Assembly (NCBI GenBank): GCA_977017645.1
Contig: OZ360227.1
Location: 64,852,001-64,916,000, forward strand
Source of the DNA: Torpedo marmorata
Lineage: Eukaryota
Reading direction: 5' to 3'
Length of the DNA stretch: 64,000 nt
In this document: piece by piece, positions 1-11,285 of the stretch
How positions within the stretch are numbered: the first letter of the stretch is position 1
How the letters are laid out: every line of letters starts with the position of its first letter
The notes under the pieces: model-generated
The model's database searches: none
What the model was told of the DNA's origin: nothing
The model's input: only the letters and a program-made list of their open reading frames with translations
Position numbers and translations under genes: made by a program

Positions 1-394
1 GTCATCACCATCCAACCTGTCTCCAAACTGACAAATTCATTGTCAGATATTAATATTAAATGAACAGACATTTTCTCGAAATAAATGCTGGGGAGAGCAA
101 AGCCACCAAGTTCAGTCCCTATCTTTAATTTTGCTTTCTTGCTTCTCACTACATTCCTGTCCTTGGGGGTCAATCTGACATGAAACCAGACGGTCCACTG
201 TCACATTTGACATTGGGACAGGGATAGGAACTCCTTTCCATCATTAAGATCATATCACCTTGGGGGGGCGTGTCGTGATGGCGTAGGAAGAAGACGCAGA
301 GATACACCTCTCCCAGCAGATAAAACTAAGAAGACTTTTTAAATAACTCAAAAAAATCAAGAACATCACAAAAAGTGCTATAACTACTTTAAGA

Positions 395-1765
395 ATGGCT
401 GGCAGAAAAACGAAAGAACAAAGAGCTAAAAAAACCATGGTACAAACAACTTTATTACATGAAGAAAAAAGGCCTACCTTGGAGATGGAGCCTGGGACTG
501 TCCTGCAGTTGAAGCCTGGTAAGAGACCTGGCAAACGCCTATCTGAATCGGGAGCGCCGACACCACCTCCGCAGGGAGCTGCGGAAGATGGCGCCGGCGC
601 CCGATCTAAAACTACAAAAAGATTGGAAGAACAAGCGCGCATGCGCAGAATCGCCGATCTACAACTGCAACTATACGAGGCCAGTATGACGTCAGCGGAG
701 GCTTCCCAGACCATACTACAGGCTGGGAAGCCTGCATTATCGTCGGAATCTGAAGGGGAGAAAGAAGATAGCCAGCTGGGAGAAGAAGATACTGAAGATT
801 TTGACGTGTATGAAGGTGATATGCAGAGAAAGTTATCTTTAATTCAAGATAATATTTTACAGGCTATAGCAAAATTGGAAAGGAAAATGGATACTAAGCT
901 TAATTTGACTATAAGTAAAATACAAGATGAATTTACAGAAGTAAAACAGAATATTGGAAGATTGGAGAATGCTGTAAGCAAAGTGGATGAGAGAGTTAAA
1001 AGAATGGAAGAGGAAACTGAAAATAATAAGCATGAAGTTGAATATTGTAGAGATAGAGTGGATAAGATGGAAGATACTTTTACTGGATGGCAAAAGCAAA
1101 GAGATGAAATGATGTTGAAAATAGAACAGATGGAAAATCAAAGTCGCAGAAATAATGTGAAAATATTGGGAATACCTGAAAATTTTGAACCTTTAGATAC
1201 GACTAAGTTTTTTCAAGATTGGTTGAAGCAGACTTTTGGATTTGACCAACCAATAGAGCTTGAACGTGCTCATAGGATTGGAAGGAGAGATCAGATAGAT
1301 CGGAGACCACGTCCAATTTTGATAAAGTGTTTAAGATATCAAGACAGAGAAAGAATTATAAGATCAGCAATTCAATATACACGAGATCATGGTGCTCCGA
1401 TGCAAATTCAAGAGAACAGAATTCTCTTCTATCCTGATTTGAGTCCTATGTTGGTCAAACAACGTAAAGAGTTTAATCCTGCTAAGGCAAAGTTATGGGA
1501 GAAAGGCTACAAATTTTCGTTTAAATATCCGGCGACTCTGAGAATTCAAAATGGTGATGGTTCTCTATTATTTATGGATCCTCGACAAGCCTTGTTACAT
1601 GCAACTAATCTTCCGAATCTGAGAAGAGTTTATACTGTGGGTAATATTCAACAAGCGCAAGAAAGTCAAGTAAGAAGAGAGAATGAAATGCCAGGTTTGA
1701 TAACCGAAGAAGCTGCCTTGGTTCAGATTGAAGAAGAAAGTGAAAATTTGAGAGGAGTTAATTGA
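395..1765 (+). CDS. L1 ORF1p (coiled coil + RRM + CTD, Transposase_22-like)
   Basis: 456-aa ORF with heptad-rich region followed by ENQSRRNNVKILGIPE, LERAHRIG, PRPILIK and FYPDLS motifs typical of vertebrate L1 ORF1p. Confidence 0.93.
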   Translation: MAGRKTKEQRAKKTMVQTTLLHEEKRPTLEMEPGTVLQLKPGKRPGKRLSESGAPTPPPQGAAEDGAGARSKTTKRLEEQARMRRIADLQLQLYEASMTSAEASQTILQAGKPALSSESEGEKEDSQLGEEDTEDFDVYEGDMQRKLSLIQDNILQAIAKLERKMDTKLNLTISKIQDEFTEVKQNIGRLENAVSKVDERVKRMEEETENNKHEVEYCRDRVDKMEDTFTGWQKQRDEMMLKIEQMENQSRRNNVKILGIPENFEPLDTTKFFQDWLKQTFGFDQPIELERAHRIGRRDQIDRRPRPILIKCLRYQDRERIIRSAIQYTRDHGAPMQIQENRILFYPDLSPMLVKQRKEFNPAKAKLWEKGYKFSFKYPATLRIQNGDGSLLFMDPRQALLHATNLPNLRRVYTVGNIQQAQESQVRRENEMPGLITEEAALVQIEEESENLRGVN

Positions 1766-2033
1766 ATATTAAATGTATGATTAATTATCTGTTTGGGGGA
1801 GGTGGACTCATTGGGACTTTTTCCGAAGCCACCACCACTTTAGCGGTTGTACCGCTTCTCGAGCGACGGAGGGGGGTAGCACTGGGATATATACAGTCCA
1901 GTGTTAATTATGGGATGTTCTTTTTTCTTGCTTTTCTATTATTTCACTCTATTTGAGGAGAAAATATGTAATCAACGGAATAGGAGGGATGCGTCGGCGG
2001 ATCTGACAGATAGAGAATGTTTAAAATTTAATT

Positions 2034-5000
2034 ATGGTTGATTCTAGAAGTATTAATTTTGTAAGTATTAATGTTAATGGGCTTAATAATCCAATTAAAA
2101 GGAAAAAAACTTTGGCATATATTAAAAAATTAAAAGTAGATATAGCTTTTTTACAGGAAACACATCTGACTGACAAAGAACATCAAAAGTTGAAGAGAGA
2201 ATGGGTAGGACATGTAGTAGCTTCGTCTTTTAATTCTAAAGCGAGAGGAGTAGCAATTTTAATCAATAAAAAATTACCATTTAAAATACAATCAGTAATG
2301 ATGGATATAGCTGGTAGATTTGTTATGGTGCATTGTCAAATTTATTCAGAAACATGGACTTTTTTAAATTTATATATTGTAAACCCAGAGGATGAACAAT
2401 TTATTCAAGATATCTGTTTACATTTATCTGAAGCTAAGGAAAATATTTTAATTGGGGGAGATTTTAATTGTTGTCTTAATGCGAATATGGATAAAACATC
2501 TAAAACATCTGTTAAACCTAAAATAGTTAAAAGAATTATTAATTTAATGGATGATTTAAATTTAGTAGATATTTGGAGAAAGGTAAACCCTAGAGAAAAA
2601 GATTATTCATTTTATTCTTTTCGACATAACTCATTCTCGAGGATTGATTTATTTTTAATATCGTCACAAATTCAGGATAGAATAACTCAAATTTCTTATA
2701 AAGCAAGAATAATTTCAGACCATTCACCGTTATTAATGACTTGTATAATTCCAGAGAAAGAAAAAACTGTATATAATTGGAGATTAGATTCTTCTTTATT
2801 AAATAGAAAAGATTTTTGTGATTATATGAGAAAAGAAATTCAGGAATTTTTAAGAATTAATAATAATTCAGTAGATGATAAGTTTATAATTTGGGAATCT
2901 TTAAAAGCATATTTAAGAGGATTGATAATAAGTTTCTCGGCAAAAATTAGAAAAGATTATTTGAAGGAAGAAGAAAAATTGGAGGGGGAGATTGAAGTTA
3001 TGGAAAAAGATTTTCAAAGAAACAAAACAATTCTTAAGAGACAACGTTTAATGGGGAAAAAATTACATTATAATATATTACAAACTCGAAAAATGGAAAA
3101 ATTAATTGGTAGAACAAAGCAAAGATATTATGAATTGGGAGAAAGAGCACATAAAGTTTTAGCATGGCAATTAAAGAAAGAACAAGTTTCCAAAACTATA
3201 AATGCTATAAAGAAGAGTAATGGAGATATAACTTATAAACCTCAAGAAATAAACAATTCTTTTAAAGAATATTATCAAAATTTATATACTTCACAAATGA
3301 GTCAAGATGTTGTAAAAATTGATGATTTTTTATCTAAAATTATGTTGCCCAAATTAAATAGTTCTAATAGAGATTTGTTAGATCTACCAATTACAATGAG
3401 AGAAGTAGGTGAAGCTTTATCATCATTGAATAGTGGTAAATCTCCTGGTGATGATGGATTTCCTGTAGAGTTTTATAAGAAGTTTAAAGATTTATTGATA
3501 CCTATATATATGGAAGTATTGACTCAAATAAAGGAAACTCAGTTATTACCGAAAACTTTTTTAAATGCTGTTATTACAGTTATACCAAAGAAGGATAGAG
3601 ATGTATTGAAAACTGAATCGTATAGACCTATATCATTGTTAAATGTAGATTATAAATTAATGGCGAAAATCTTGACAAATAGACTAGCTAAGTTTTTACC
3701 ATTTTTAATACATCCAGATCAAGCAGGATTTATTAAAAATAGATATTCAAAGGATAATATAGCAAGATTAATAAGTTTGATTAATTTACAAAAGAAGAAA
3801 CAGGATTTACCGTTAGTGATAGCATTAGATGCAGAAAAAGCATTCGATAGGTTAGAGTGGAAGTTTTTATTTAAGGTTTTAGAGAAATATGGATTTGGAA
3901 ATACGTTTATAAATTGGATTAAAACTATATATAAGGAACCTACAGCTAAAGTAATTACAAATGGTCAAATATCATCTAAATTTTCTTTGACACGGTCAAC
4001 AAGACAAGGATGTCCATTGTCACCTGCCTTATTTGTATTGGCAATAGAACCGTTGGCGGAAATGATCAGGAAAGATATGAATATAAAAGGGATAAAAGTA
4101 GGTGCAGAAGAGCATAAAATTAGTTTGTTTGCAGATGATGTATTAATATATATGACAAAGTCTATTGAATCACTTCAACAATTAGATAAAATATTGAGGG
4201 ATTATGGTGAAATATCTGGATATAAAATAAATTCGGATAAAAGTGAGATAATGGCTTTATCTCAAGGAGATTATACTAAATGTAAAGAAGTTACAAAATT
4301 TAAATGGGCTAAAGAAGCTATTAAATATTTAGGAGTTAAAGTGGATACAAAGTTAGAAAATTTATATAAATTAAATTACATACCTTTATTTCAGAAAATA
4401 AAGAAGGATTTGGATAATTGGAAAGATTTACCTATAACTTTAATAGGAAGAGTGAATTGTATTAAAATGAATATTTTTCCAAGAGTTCAATATCTTTTTC
4501 AATCTATACCTTTTGGTATTCCCCAAAAATTTTTTAAAGATTTAAAAAGTATTATTAGAAAGTTTTTATGGAAAGGAAAACTGGCAAGAGTAAGTATGGA
4601 TAAATTAACTTGGGAATATGAAATGGGTGGATTACAACTTCCTAATTTTCAATATTATTATAAGGCAGCACAATTAAAATTTATAAACGAATTATTTGAT
4701 TTAACTAAAAACACGGCATGGATTAATATAGAATTAAGTAATATAGGAGAAAGAAATAAGGAAGATATTATTTATAAATGGAATTCTAAATTATTATTGA
4801 TTAAAAAGAAAAAGTCACCGATTATTAGACATTTATTAGAGATTTGGAATCAATTAGATAATGAAATAGGGCGAAAAGGATCAATTTCTTTAAATATGCC
4901 ATTATATCAGAATTTATTATTACCATTTTCTATGGATAATCAATTTTTAAAATTATGGTATCAAAAAGGAATTAAGAAGATTAAAGATTGTTTTGAGGCA

Positions 5001-5819
5001 GGAAGATTTGTAACTTTTTCCAGATTGAAAGAAAAATTTGGAATAATGGATAATACAATTTTGGCTTATTATCAAGTTAAAGGATTTTTAGTTGAGAAAT
5101 TAGGGAATCAATTAATATCTCCTAGACAGGATGGGTTAGAGTTACTAATTACTAATGGAAATGTTAATAAATTTATATCGCAAATGTATAAATTATTTCA
5201 GAAAAAGATACCTAAAGTAGGATTGCATAAATCTAGATTAAATTGGGAATCAGATTTAAATACTAATATAGATGAACAACACTGGAAAGAATTGTGTAAA
5301 TTGAGTATGACTAAGATTATTAATGTTAGATATAGATTAGTACAGTATAATTTTTTTCATCAATTGTATATAACACCCAAAAAATTAAAGAAATTCAATC
5401 CGGCATTGTCAGATATGTGTTTTAGATGTAAAGATGAAATAGGTTCCTTTGTACATTGTACATGGTCATGTTCGAAAATTAAAAATTTTTGGTCTAAAGT
5501 CAAAGATTTTTTAGATAGAATTTTTAATATTATGATTCCAATGGATCCTATGATATTTTTATTTGGAGATATAAAAAAAATGAGTATTAGAAATAGATTA
5601 AATATGTACCAAATAGAATTTTTACGAATCGTATTAGCTATTTCAAAAAAATGTATTGCTATTACTTGGAAATCAGATTTAGATTTGAATTTAGATAGAT
5701 TACATGCAGAGTTACGTTCTTGTATACCACTGGAAAAAATTACGTATAATTTGCGAGACAAATATCATTTCTTTTTGAAAATTTGGAGCCCATATATGAG
5801 AATTATGGGTATGAATTAA
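2034..5819 (+). CDS. L1 ORF2p (APE endonuclease, reverse transcriptase, CCHC knuckle)
   Basis: 1261 aa; EN motifs SINVNGL, LQETH, GGDFN, SRIDLF, SDH; RT motifs YRPISLLN, LDAEKAFD, RQGCPLSP, LFADD, YLG; C-terminal CFRC-x8-H-x4-C. Confidence 0.97.
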   Translation: MVDSRSINFVSINVNGLNNPIKRKKTLAYIKKLKVDIAFLQETHLTDKEHQKLKREWVGHVVASSFNSKARGVAILINKKLPFKIQSVMMDIAGRFVMVHCQIYSETWTFLNLYIVNPEDEQFIQDICLHLSEAKENILIGGDFNCCLNANMDKTSKTSVKPKIVKRIINLMDDLNLVDIWRKVNPREKDYSFYSFRHNSFSRIDLFLISSQIQDRITQISYKARIISDHSPLLMTCIIPEKEKTVYNWRLDSSLLNRKDFCDYMRKEIQEFLRINNNSVDDKFIIWESLKAYLRGLIISFSAKIRKDYLKEEEKLEGEIEVMEKDFQRNKTILKRQRLMGKKLHYNILQTRKMEKLIGRTKQRYYELGERAHKVLAWQLKKEQVSKTINAIKKSNGDITYKPQEINNSFKEYYQNLYTSQMSQDVVKIDDFLSKIMLPKLNSSNRDLLDLPITMREVGEALSSLNSGKSPGDDGFPVEFYKKFKDLLIPIYMEVLTQIKETQLLPKTFLNAVITVIPKKDRDVLKTESYRPISLLNVDYKLMAKILTNRLAKFLPFLIHPDQAGFIKNRYSKDNIARLISLINLQKKKQDLPLVIALDAEKAFDRLEWKFLFKVLEKYGFGNTFINWIKTIYKEPTAKVITNGQISSKFSLTRSTRQGCPLSPALFVLAIEPLAEMIRKDMNIKGIKVGAEEHKISLFADDVLIYMTKSIESLQQLDKILRDYGEISGYKINSDKSEIMALSQGDYTKCKEVTKFKWAKEAIKYLGVKVDTKLENLYKLNYIPLFQKIKKDLDNWKDLPITLIGRVNCIKMNIFPRVQYLFQSIPFGIPQKFFKDLKSIIRKFLWKGKLARVSMDKLTWEYEMGGLQLPNFQYYYKAAQLKFINELFDLTKNTAWINIELSNIGERNKEDIIYKWNSKLLLIKKKKSPIIRHLLEIWNQLDNEIGRKGSISLNMPLYQNLLLPFSMDNQFLKLWYQKGIKKIKDCFEAGRFVTFSRLKEKFGIMDNTILAYYQVKGFLVEKLGNQLISPRQDGLELLITNGNVNKFISQMYKLFQKKIPKVGLHKSRLNWESDLNTNIDEQHWKELCKLSMTKIINVRYRLVQYNFFHQLYITPKKLKKFNPALSDMCFRCKDEIGSFVHCTWSCSKIKNFWSKVKDFLDRIFNIMIPMDPMIFLFGDIKKMSIRNRLNMYQIEFLRIVLAISKKCIAITWKSDLDLNLDRLHAELRSCIPLEKITYNLRDKYHFFLKIWSPYMRIMGMN

Positions 5820-6100
5820 TTCTCTAAAAGTTAGTACCGCTGACAAAAGTATCCTCCATATATAAATAGAGTTAGTCTGAAATAGTTTTCTCCTCATACT
5901 AACTCTCTTAACTTTATTTCTCATTCTATTTCTTTCCTTTTAACTAACATTTCTATATATTCTTTTTTTATTCTCTTTATTAGAATAGTGTGGGAGGGCT
6001 GGGGAGGGGAGGGAGGGAAGGGGGGTTGGTAAAAATATCACATGTATTTTGATAATATATTATTTTGATTATGTATTTTGTGATTTTAAAAATTAAATAA

Positions 6101-6141
<41 letters not shown>

Positions 6142-6819
6142 TCATATCACCTCACCACATTCAATCCAGCTCTTGCTTCAGTTCTTCTGTTCTGAAAACT
6201 CTCATCCACACCTTTTCTCTAGACTTACTTTTTCCAATGCATTCTTGGTCACCATCCCTGTAAAAATGAGCTAAAACAAGTCTGTTGCCTATCCCTGATA
6301 CAGTTCATGTCCTTTTAAATCATTTCCCTGTGGTGCCTGGTCCACACAGTCAAATAAAGCCATAATTTTGAATTTCTCTTTTCTGTTCAACTCCAAAGTT
6401 TGGCACGTTCCTTACCCTGCAATCTCCCACCCCTACAATCCAACACCTGCTCTCATTCAACCTTTCGATTATTACTTCATCTTTGCCACCCACACTTTCA
6501 GCTGGTAATTCTGAAATTCCCTCCCGAGAAATTCCAAATCACTACATTTTTCCTCCTTAAGCTCCCAAAGCTTTGTCTTGTTAACCAGGCTGTTAGATTT
6601 CTGACGTTTTCCAGCACAGTGTCAGATTTTGCCCGATAGCACTTCTCTGAAACACCTTGCTACATGAAAGACAGTATGTGACTGCGCTGTTGGTAGAATA
6701 TGGCATAGGAAATACCAGTAAACCCATCAAGACTAGTAGAACAATCCCCAGACTTCTTCATCCCCCTTCCTAGCACCTTCACCGAAGCTCTGCTATTCAG
6801 TACAACTGAACCAGGCAGA

Positions 6820-7960
6820 ATTTAGTCATGGAGTTTTACAGCATGAAAATAGGCTCTTCAGCCCAATTCATCCATGCCAATCAAGTTGCCTATCTGAGCT
6901 AGTCCCATTGCCTACGTTTGGCCCATATCCCTCTAAACCATTCCTAACCATGTACTAAATGTCTTAAACTTTGTAATTGCACCCACATTTACCATTTCCA
7001 CTGGAAGCTTCTTCCACATACCCATCATCCTCTGTGTGAAAAAGGAACCCCTCTGATCCCTTTTAAATCTTTCCTCTCTCACCTGAATCTTACATCCTCT
7101 AATTTCAGACTCTCCTCCTTCTGTTACCATTCACCTTACCCATGCTCCTCATGATTTTATAAACTTCTATAAGGTCACCCCTCAGCCTCCAATGCTCCTT
7201 GGAAAATAGTCCCAAGCTATCCAGTCTCTCCTTATAATTCAAGCCATCAGGTTCTGGTAACATACTCATGGATCTTTTCTGCAAACTTTCCAACTTATGA
7301 CATCTTTACTATAGTTGGATGACCAGAACTGCACACAATATTCCAACTGTGGTCCCACCAATATCTTGTACGGTGTAATATAATGTCCTTGACTGATGGT
7401 GGGGAACATGTGCGACATGCTTGCCTTCATCTTGTCTACATTTGTCACCACATTCAAGGAATTCTGTAACTGTAACACAAGGGTTCTCTATTCTACAACA
7501 CCCTCCAGGGCCCTACCACTTACTGTGCAAGTCTTGCCCTAGTTTAACTTACCAAAATGCAACATTCTGCACTTGTCTGAGTGAAATTCCATCTTCCATT
7601 CTTTGGTCTACATCTCCAGTTGATCTAGATCCTGTTGTATACTTGGATAACCTTCTTCACCGTCCACTTATACCAATGAATTTGGTGTCATCCTCAAATG
7701 TACTAATCACGTTAACAACTTTATCATTCAAATTTTTAACACCTATGGCAAACAACAGTGGACACAGGACCAATACCTGTAGCACACCACTGGTCACAGG
7801 TCTCCTGTCTGAAAAGGAACTTTCCACTACCATGCTGACTCCCTCGACCGAGCCAGCTTTGAATCCAATTGGCTACTCAAACTGGATCCCATGCAATTTA
7901 ACCTTCCAGAAGAGCTTGCCATACAGGACCTTGACAAAAACCTCACTAAAGTCCATGTAG
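6820..7960 (-). mobile_element. Degenerate CR1 LINE 3' portion
   Basis: Minus-strand fragments LEYCVQFWS, LGLFSKEHWRLRGDLIEVYKIM and FFTQRMMGMWKKLP match the CR1 ORF2 C-terminus; broken by frameshifts. Confidence 0.85.
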
Positions 7961-7964
7961 AATG

Positions 7965-10071
7965 CACCACTGCCATAATGGACTTCATCAGGAAGAATGT
8001 AGAAAACTGTGTGCTAAAGAGAACAATTCATGTGTTCCCCAACAGGATACCATGGTTGAATGGCGAGGTTCATTCAATAATGAAGGCCAGGTACAAGTCA
8101 TGCAACTTGAGCAATACAAGAAATCCAGGTACAGTCTGCGCAAGGCCATCAGGGATGCCAAGAGGCAGTACCAAGCCAGACTTGCATCCCAGTTGTATCT
8201 AACGGACACCAGGCGCTTGTGGCAGGGCATGCATCTCATCAAAACTGGGCAGAATAGCAAACAACAGCACAGCCTTCCTGCACAAGCTATAGTGGTCTGG
8301 GTAGGATTGAAGACTGCCACTATCATCCAAGAGAGCGACGGTAACTGGAATAAATGACTACTACCGAGTGGTTCTGACCTCTACTATCATAACTGGTACT
8401 TTCAGCGACTGGTAATGGAACGCATAAAAATGCAACATCCAGCGACATTGGACCTGTTCCAGATTTCCTACCGTCCAAACCATTCTACAGATGATGCTAT
8501 AGCCTTACCCTCCATTCTGTCCTCACCCACTCCGAGAACGATGCCTCATACGCCAGGCTTCAGCTCAGCGTTCAATACAATTATATCTCAAAGGCTGATG
8601 GATAAACTGTCCTCACTGGGACTCAACAACCCTCTCTGCAACTGGATTCTGGACTTCTTGACTGAAAGACCAGTCAGTCTAGGTTGGTAGCAGAACCTCA
8701 AGCTCCATCACATTGAGCACTGGCGCTCCTCAGGGCTGTGTACTCAGCCCGCTACTGTTCACGCTGCTGACTCAAAACTGCACTGCCAGATTCAGTTCCA
8801 AAAGAATCATTAAATTTGCGGATGATATAACAGTAGTTGGCCTCATCAGCAACAATGATGAGTCGGCTTACAGAGAGGAGGTTGGCTGGCTCATAAAATG
8901 AGAACAACAACCTGAATCTCAATGTGGACAAGGCAAAGGAAATAATTGTGGACTCCAGAAGGACAAAGGTTGACCATTCTTTACTATACATTTTGACAGC
9001 TCGGCCTGTATTCATTGAAATTTAGGAGAATAAGGGGAGATCTCATTGAAACATTTCGAATGTTGAAAGGCGTCGACAGAGTAGATGGTGAAAGGTTGGT
9101 GGGAGAGTCTAGGATAAGAGGCCACAACTTCAGGATTAAAGGGTGTCCACTTAGAACTGAGATGCGTAGGAATTTCTTCAGCCAGAGGGTGGTAAATCTG
9201 TGGAATTTGTTGCCACAGGTGGTTGTGGAGGCCAGGTCATTGGGTGTATTTAAGACAGAGATTGATAGGTTCTTGTTTAGCTAGGGCATCAAGTTATGGG
9301 GAGAAGGCCGGGCAGTGGGGCTGAGTGGGGAAATAAATCAGCTCATGATTGAATAGCGGGGCAGACTCAATGGGCTGAATAGACTATTTCTGCTCCCATG
9401 TCTTATGGTCTTATATCAATGGTTCCATTGTGGAGTGAGTGGAGAGCACAAAGTTCCTTAGTGTACACATAATGGATGACCTATCCAGGACCCACAACCC
9501 CTCCTTATTCGTCAGCAAGGGGCAGCAGCGCCTACACCTCCTAAGAAGGTTGAGGAGGGCAAGACTTCTGGCCCCCATCTTCACAACATTTTACAGAAGC
9601 ACAATTGAGAGTGTCCTGCCTGGCTGCATCATTGCCTGGTATGGTAGCTGCAAAGCGTCAGACCAGTAGTCAATACAGAGGATCATCAAAGCAGCTGACA
9701 AGATCACTGAGGTCTCCTTTCCTCTATTGATGACATTTACCAGGAGCGTTGCTTAAATAGGACTCAAACAATTATAGAAGGCCTTTTCCATCCAGCACAC
9801 AGTATCTTTGATCCACTACCACCAAGAAGGAGGCACAGGAGCATCAAAATCAGGACTGCAAGGCTGGAAAAGTTTCTTCCTGCAGGCTGTGAGATTGATA
9901 AACTGTATCCTGTATCTGAGTAAATCATTCCAAAATATTTATATATATATTTTAAATTATATCTTTATGTACATATTTGATTATTACGTACTGTGTATTG
10001 TGTGTGCACCGTGGTCCAGAGAAACACAGTTTCGTCGGATTTATATGTACAGCCAGATGATAATAAACTTG
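7965..10071 (+). mobile_element. Degenerate Rex1/Babar-clade LINE, interrupted by a CR1 fragment
   Basis: Fragments [67 protein letters not shown] and FYRSTIESVL are Rex1-type. Confidence 0.87.
8991..9414 (+). mobile_element. CR1 LINE 3' end nested in the Rex1 element
   Basis: RRIRGDLIETFRML...RRNFFSQRVVNLWNLLP; ends in a TCTTATGGTCTTAT tail; Rex1 sequence resumes at TCAATGG. Confidence 0.85.
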
Positions 10072-10134
10072 AACGTGCATATTTCTGACTTTCAGGTTTT
10101 CGTGACATTATACAAGTCATTAGACTAGCTGATG

Positions 10135-10695
10135 CTCTGACTAAAAACACAATGCTGAAGAAAATCAGCAGGTCACACAGCATACTTTATACAGCAAAGG
10201 TAAAGATACATAACCAACTTTTCGGGTCTGAGCTCTTCATCAAGGTGTAAGCAAAATGTAGGCAGGCGCCTGAATAAAATGGTGGTGGGGAGGAGCATAG
10301 GCCCACAGGCAAGAGGTAATAGGTGGATAAGTGAGGGTGGAGCACAAGAGAAAACAGGGGAGGGGTGATAGCTCTGTGAATGGGGAGGGAAAAGGGTGGA
10401 GAACTGGAGAAAAGGAGACAGAGGGATAGGGTAGAGAGGGAAAACGGGGAGAGATCTTGCAGAAACCGGAGAAGTCGATGTTAATGCCATCCAGTTGGAG
10501 AGTGCCCAGACAGAATATTAGGTGTTGCTCCTCCAATTTACGGGTGGCCCTCGTTTGGCAGTGCATGAGGCCATGGACAGACATGTCGGCGTGGAGTGGG
10601 GCGCAGAATTGAAATGGTTGGTCACTGGGAGGTCCCTGTCATTGATGCAGACAGAGCGAAGGTGCTCAGCGAAGCGATCTCCCAGTCTGTGTCCA
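10135..10695 (-). mobile_element. Penelope-like element 3' fragment (GIY-YIG C-terminus plus terminal region with degenerate hammerhead motif)
   Basis: TGHRLGDRFAEHLRSV...LPVTNHFN and RKLEEQHLIFCLGTLQLDGINIDFS; homologous to 54880-55531. Confidence 0.85.
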
Positions 10696-11059
10696 GTGAT
10701 GTTCGAAATAGTGTGGAGCTTCAGATTATACAATACAACCAGGGATCTGAGCTTGCACTCCTTCAGTACAATATGAGAGCATCACACCAATTGCACTTAG
10801 GGCATGCACTACATTCCCCGGGCACAAGTCCGAACACACAGCCTGGAGCACCATACTTCCAAGAGCAAGCCACCCTCTCCAGATGGAATTCCCAGTTGGA
10901 AAGAAACAGCCATGCATCTGCTGACATGAACCAGGAGGTAACATCATAGAATTAGTCATAGAGGCAGCATAGAAACAGGCCTTTCAACCCATCCAACCAT
11001 GAATCATTCATTTACACTAATCCTACATTACTTTTTTCTTCTCTCCATAATCTCTTCAA

Positions 11060-11285
11060 CATGCCCCGGATTCTACCAGACAGCTACACACTAGGGGCAA
11101 TAAACAGTGGCCAACTAACCTACCTTCCACACTTCCACACTTCTTAGAGATGTCGGAGGAAACCAGTGCACCCAGAGGAAACCCACATAATCACAGGGAG
11201 AACACACAAACTCAACACAGACAAAACCCAAGGTCAAGGTCTCTGGCACCATGAGGCAATCACTCCACTCACTGCGTTGTGCAGC
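11060..11285 (-). mobile_element. Degenerate V-SINE (HE1-like)
   Basis: Reverse complement has TTCTCCCTGTG...GGGTTTCCTCTGGGTGCACTGGTTTCCTCC, matching the central domain of the SINE copies at 28403 and 63576. Confidence 0.7.

Larger units (their letters stand above)
261..6137 (+). mobile_element. Full-length LINE-1 retrotransposon with both ORFs intact
   Basis: 15-bp TSD AAGATCATATCACCT at 246-260 and 6138-6152, TT/AAGA target site, G-run 5' end, ORF1 and ORF2, G-rich 3' UTR tract, AATAAA at 6096 and pure A tail from 6106. Confidence 0.97.

Noticed and set aside
250-714. Antisense 154-aa ORF over the L1 5' end (ORF0-like)
   Set aside because: Runs out of the element into the TSD and has no motif; explicable as the shadow of ORF1.
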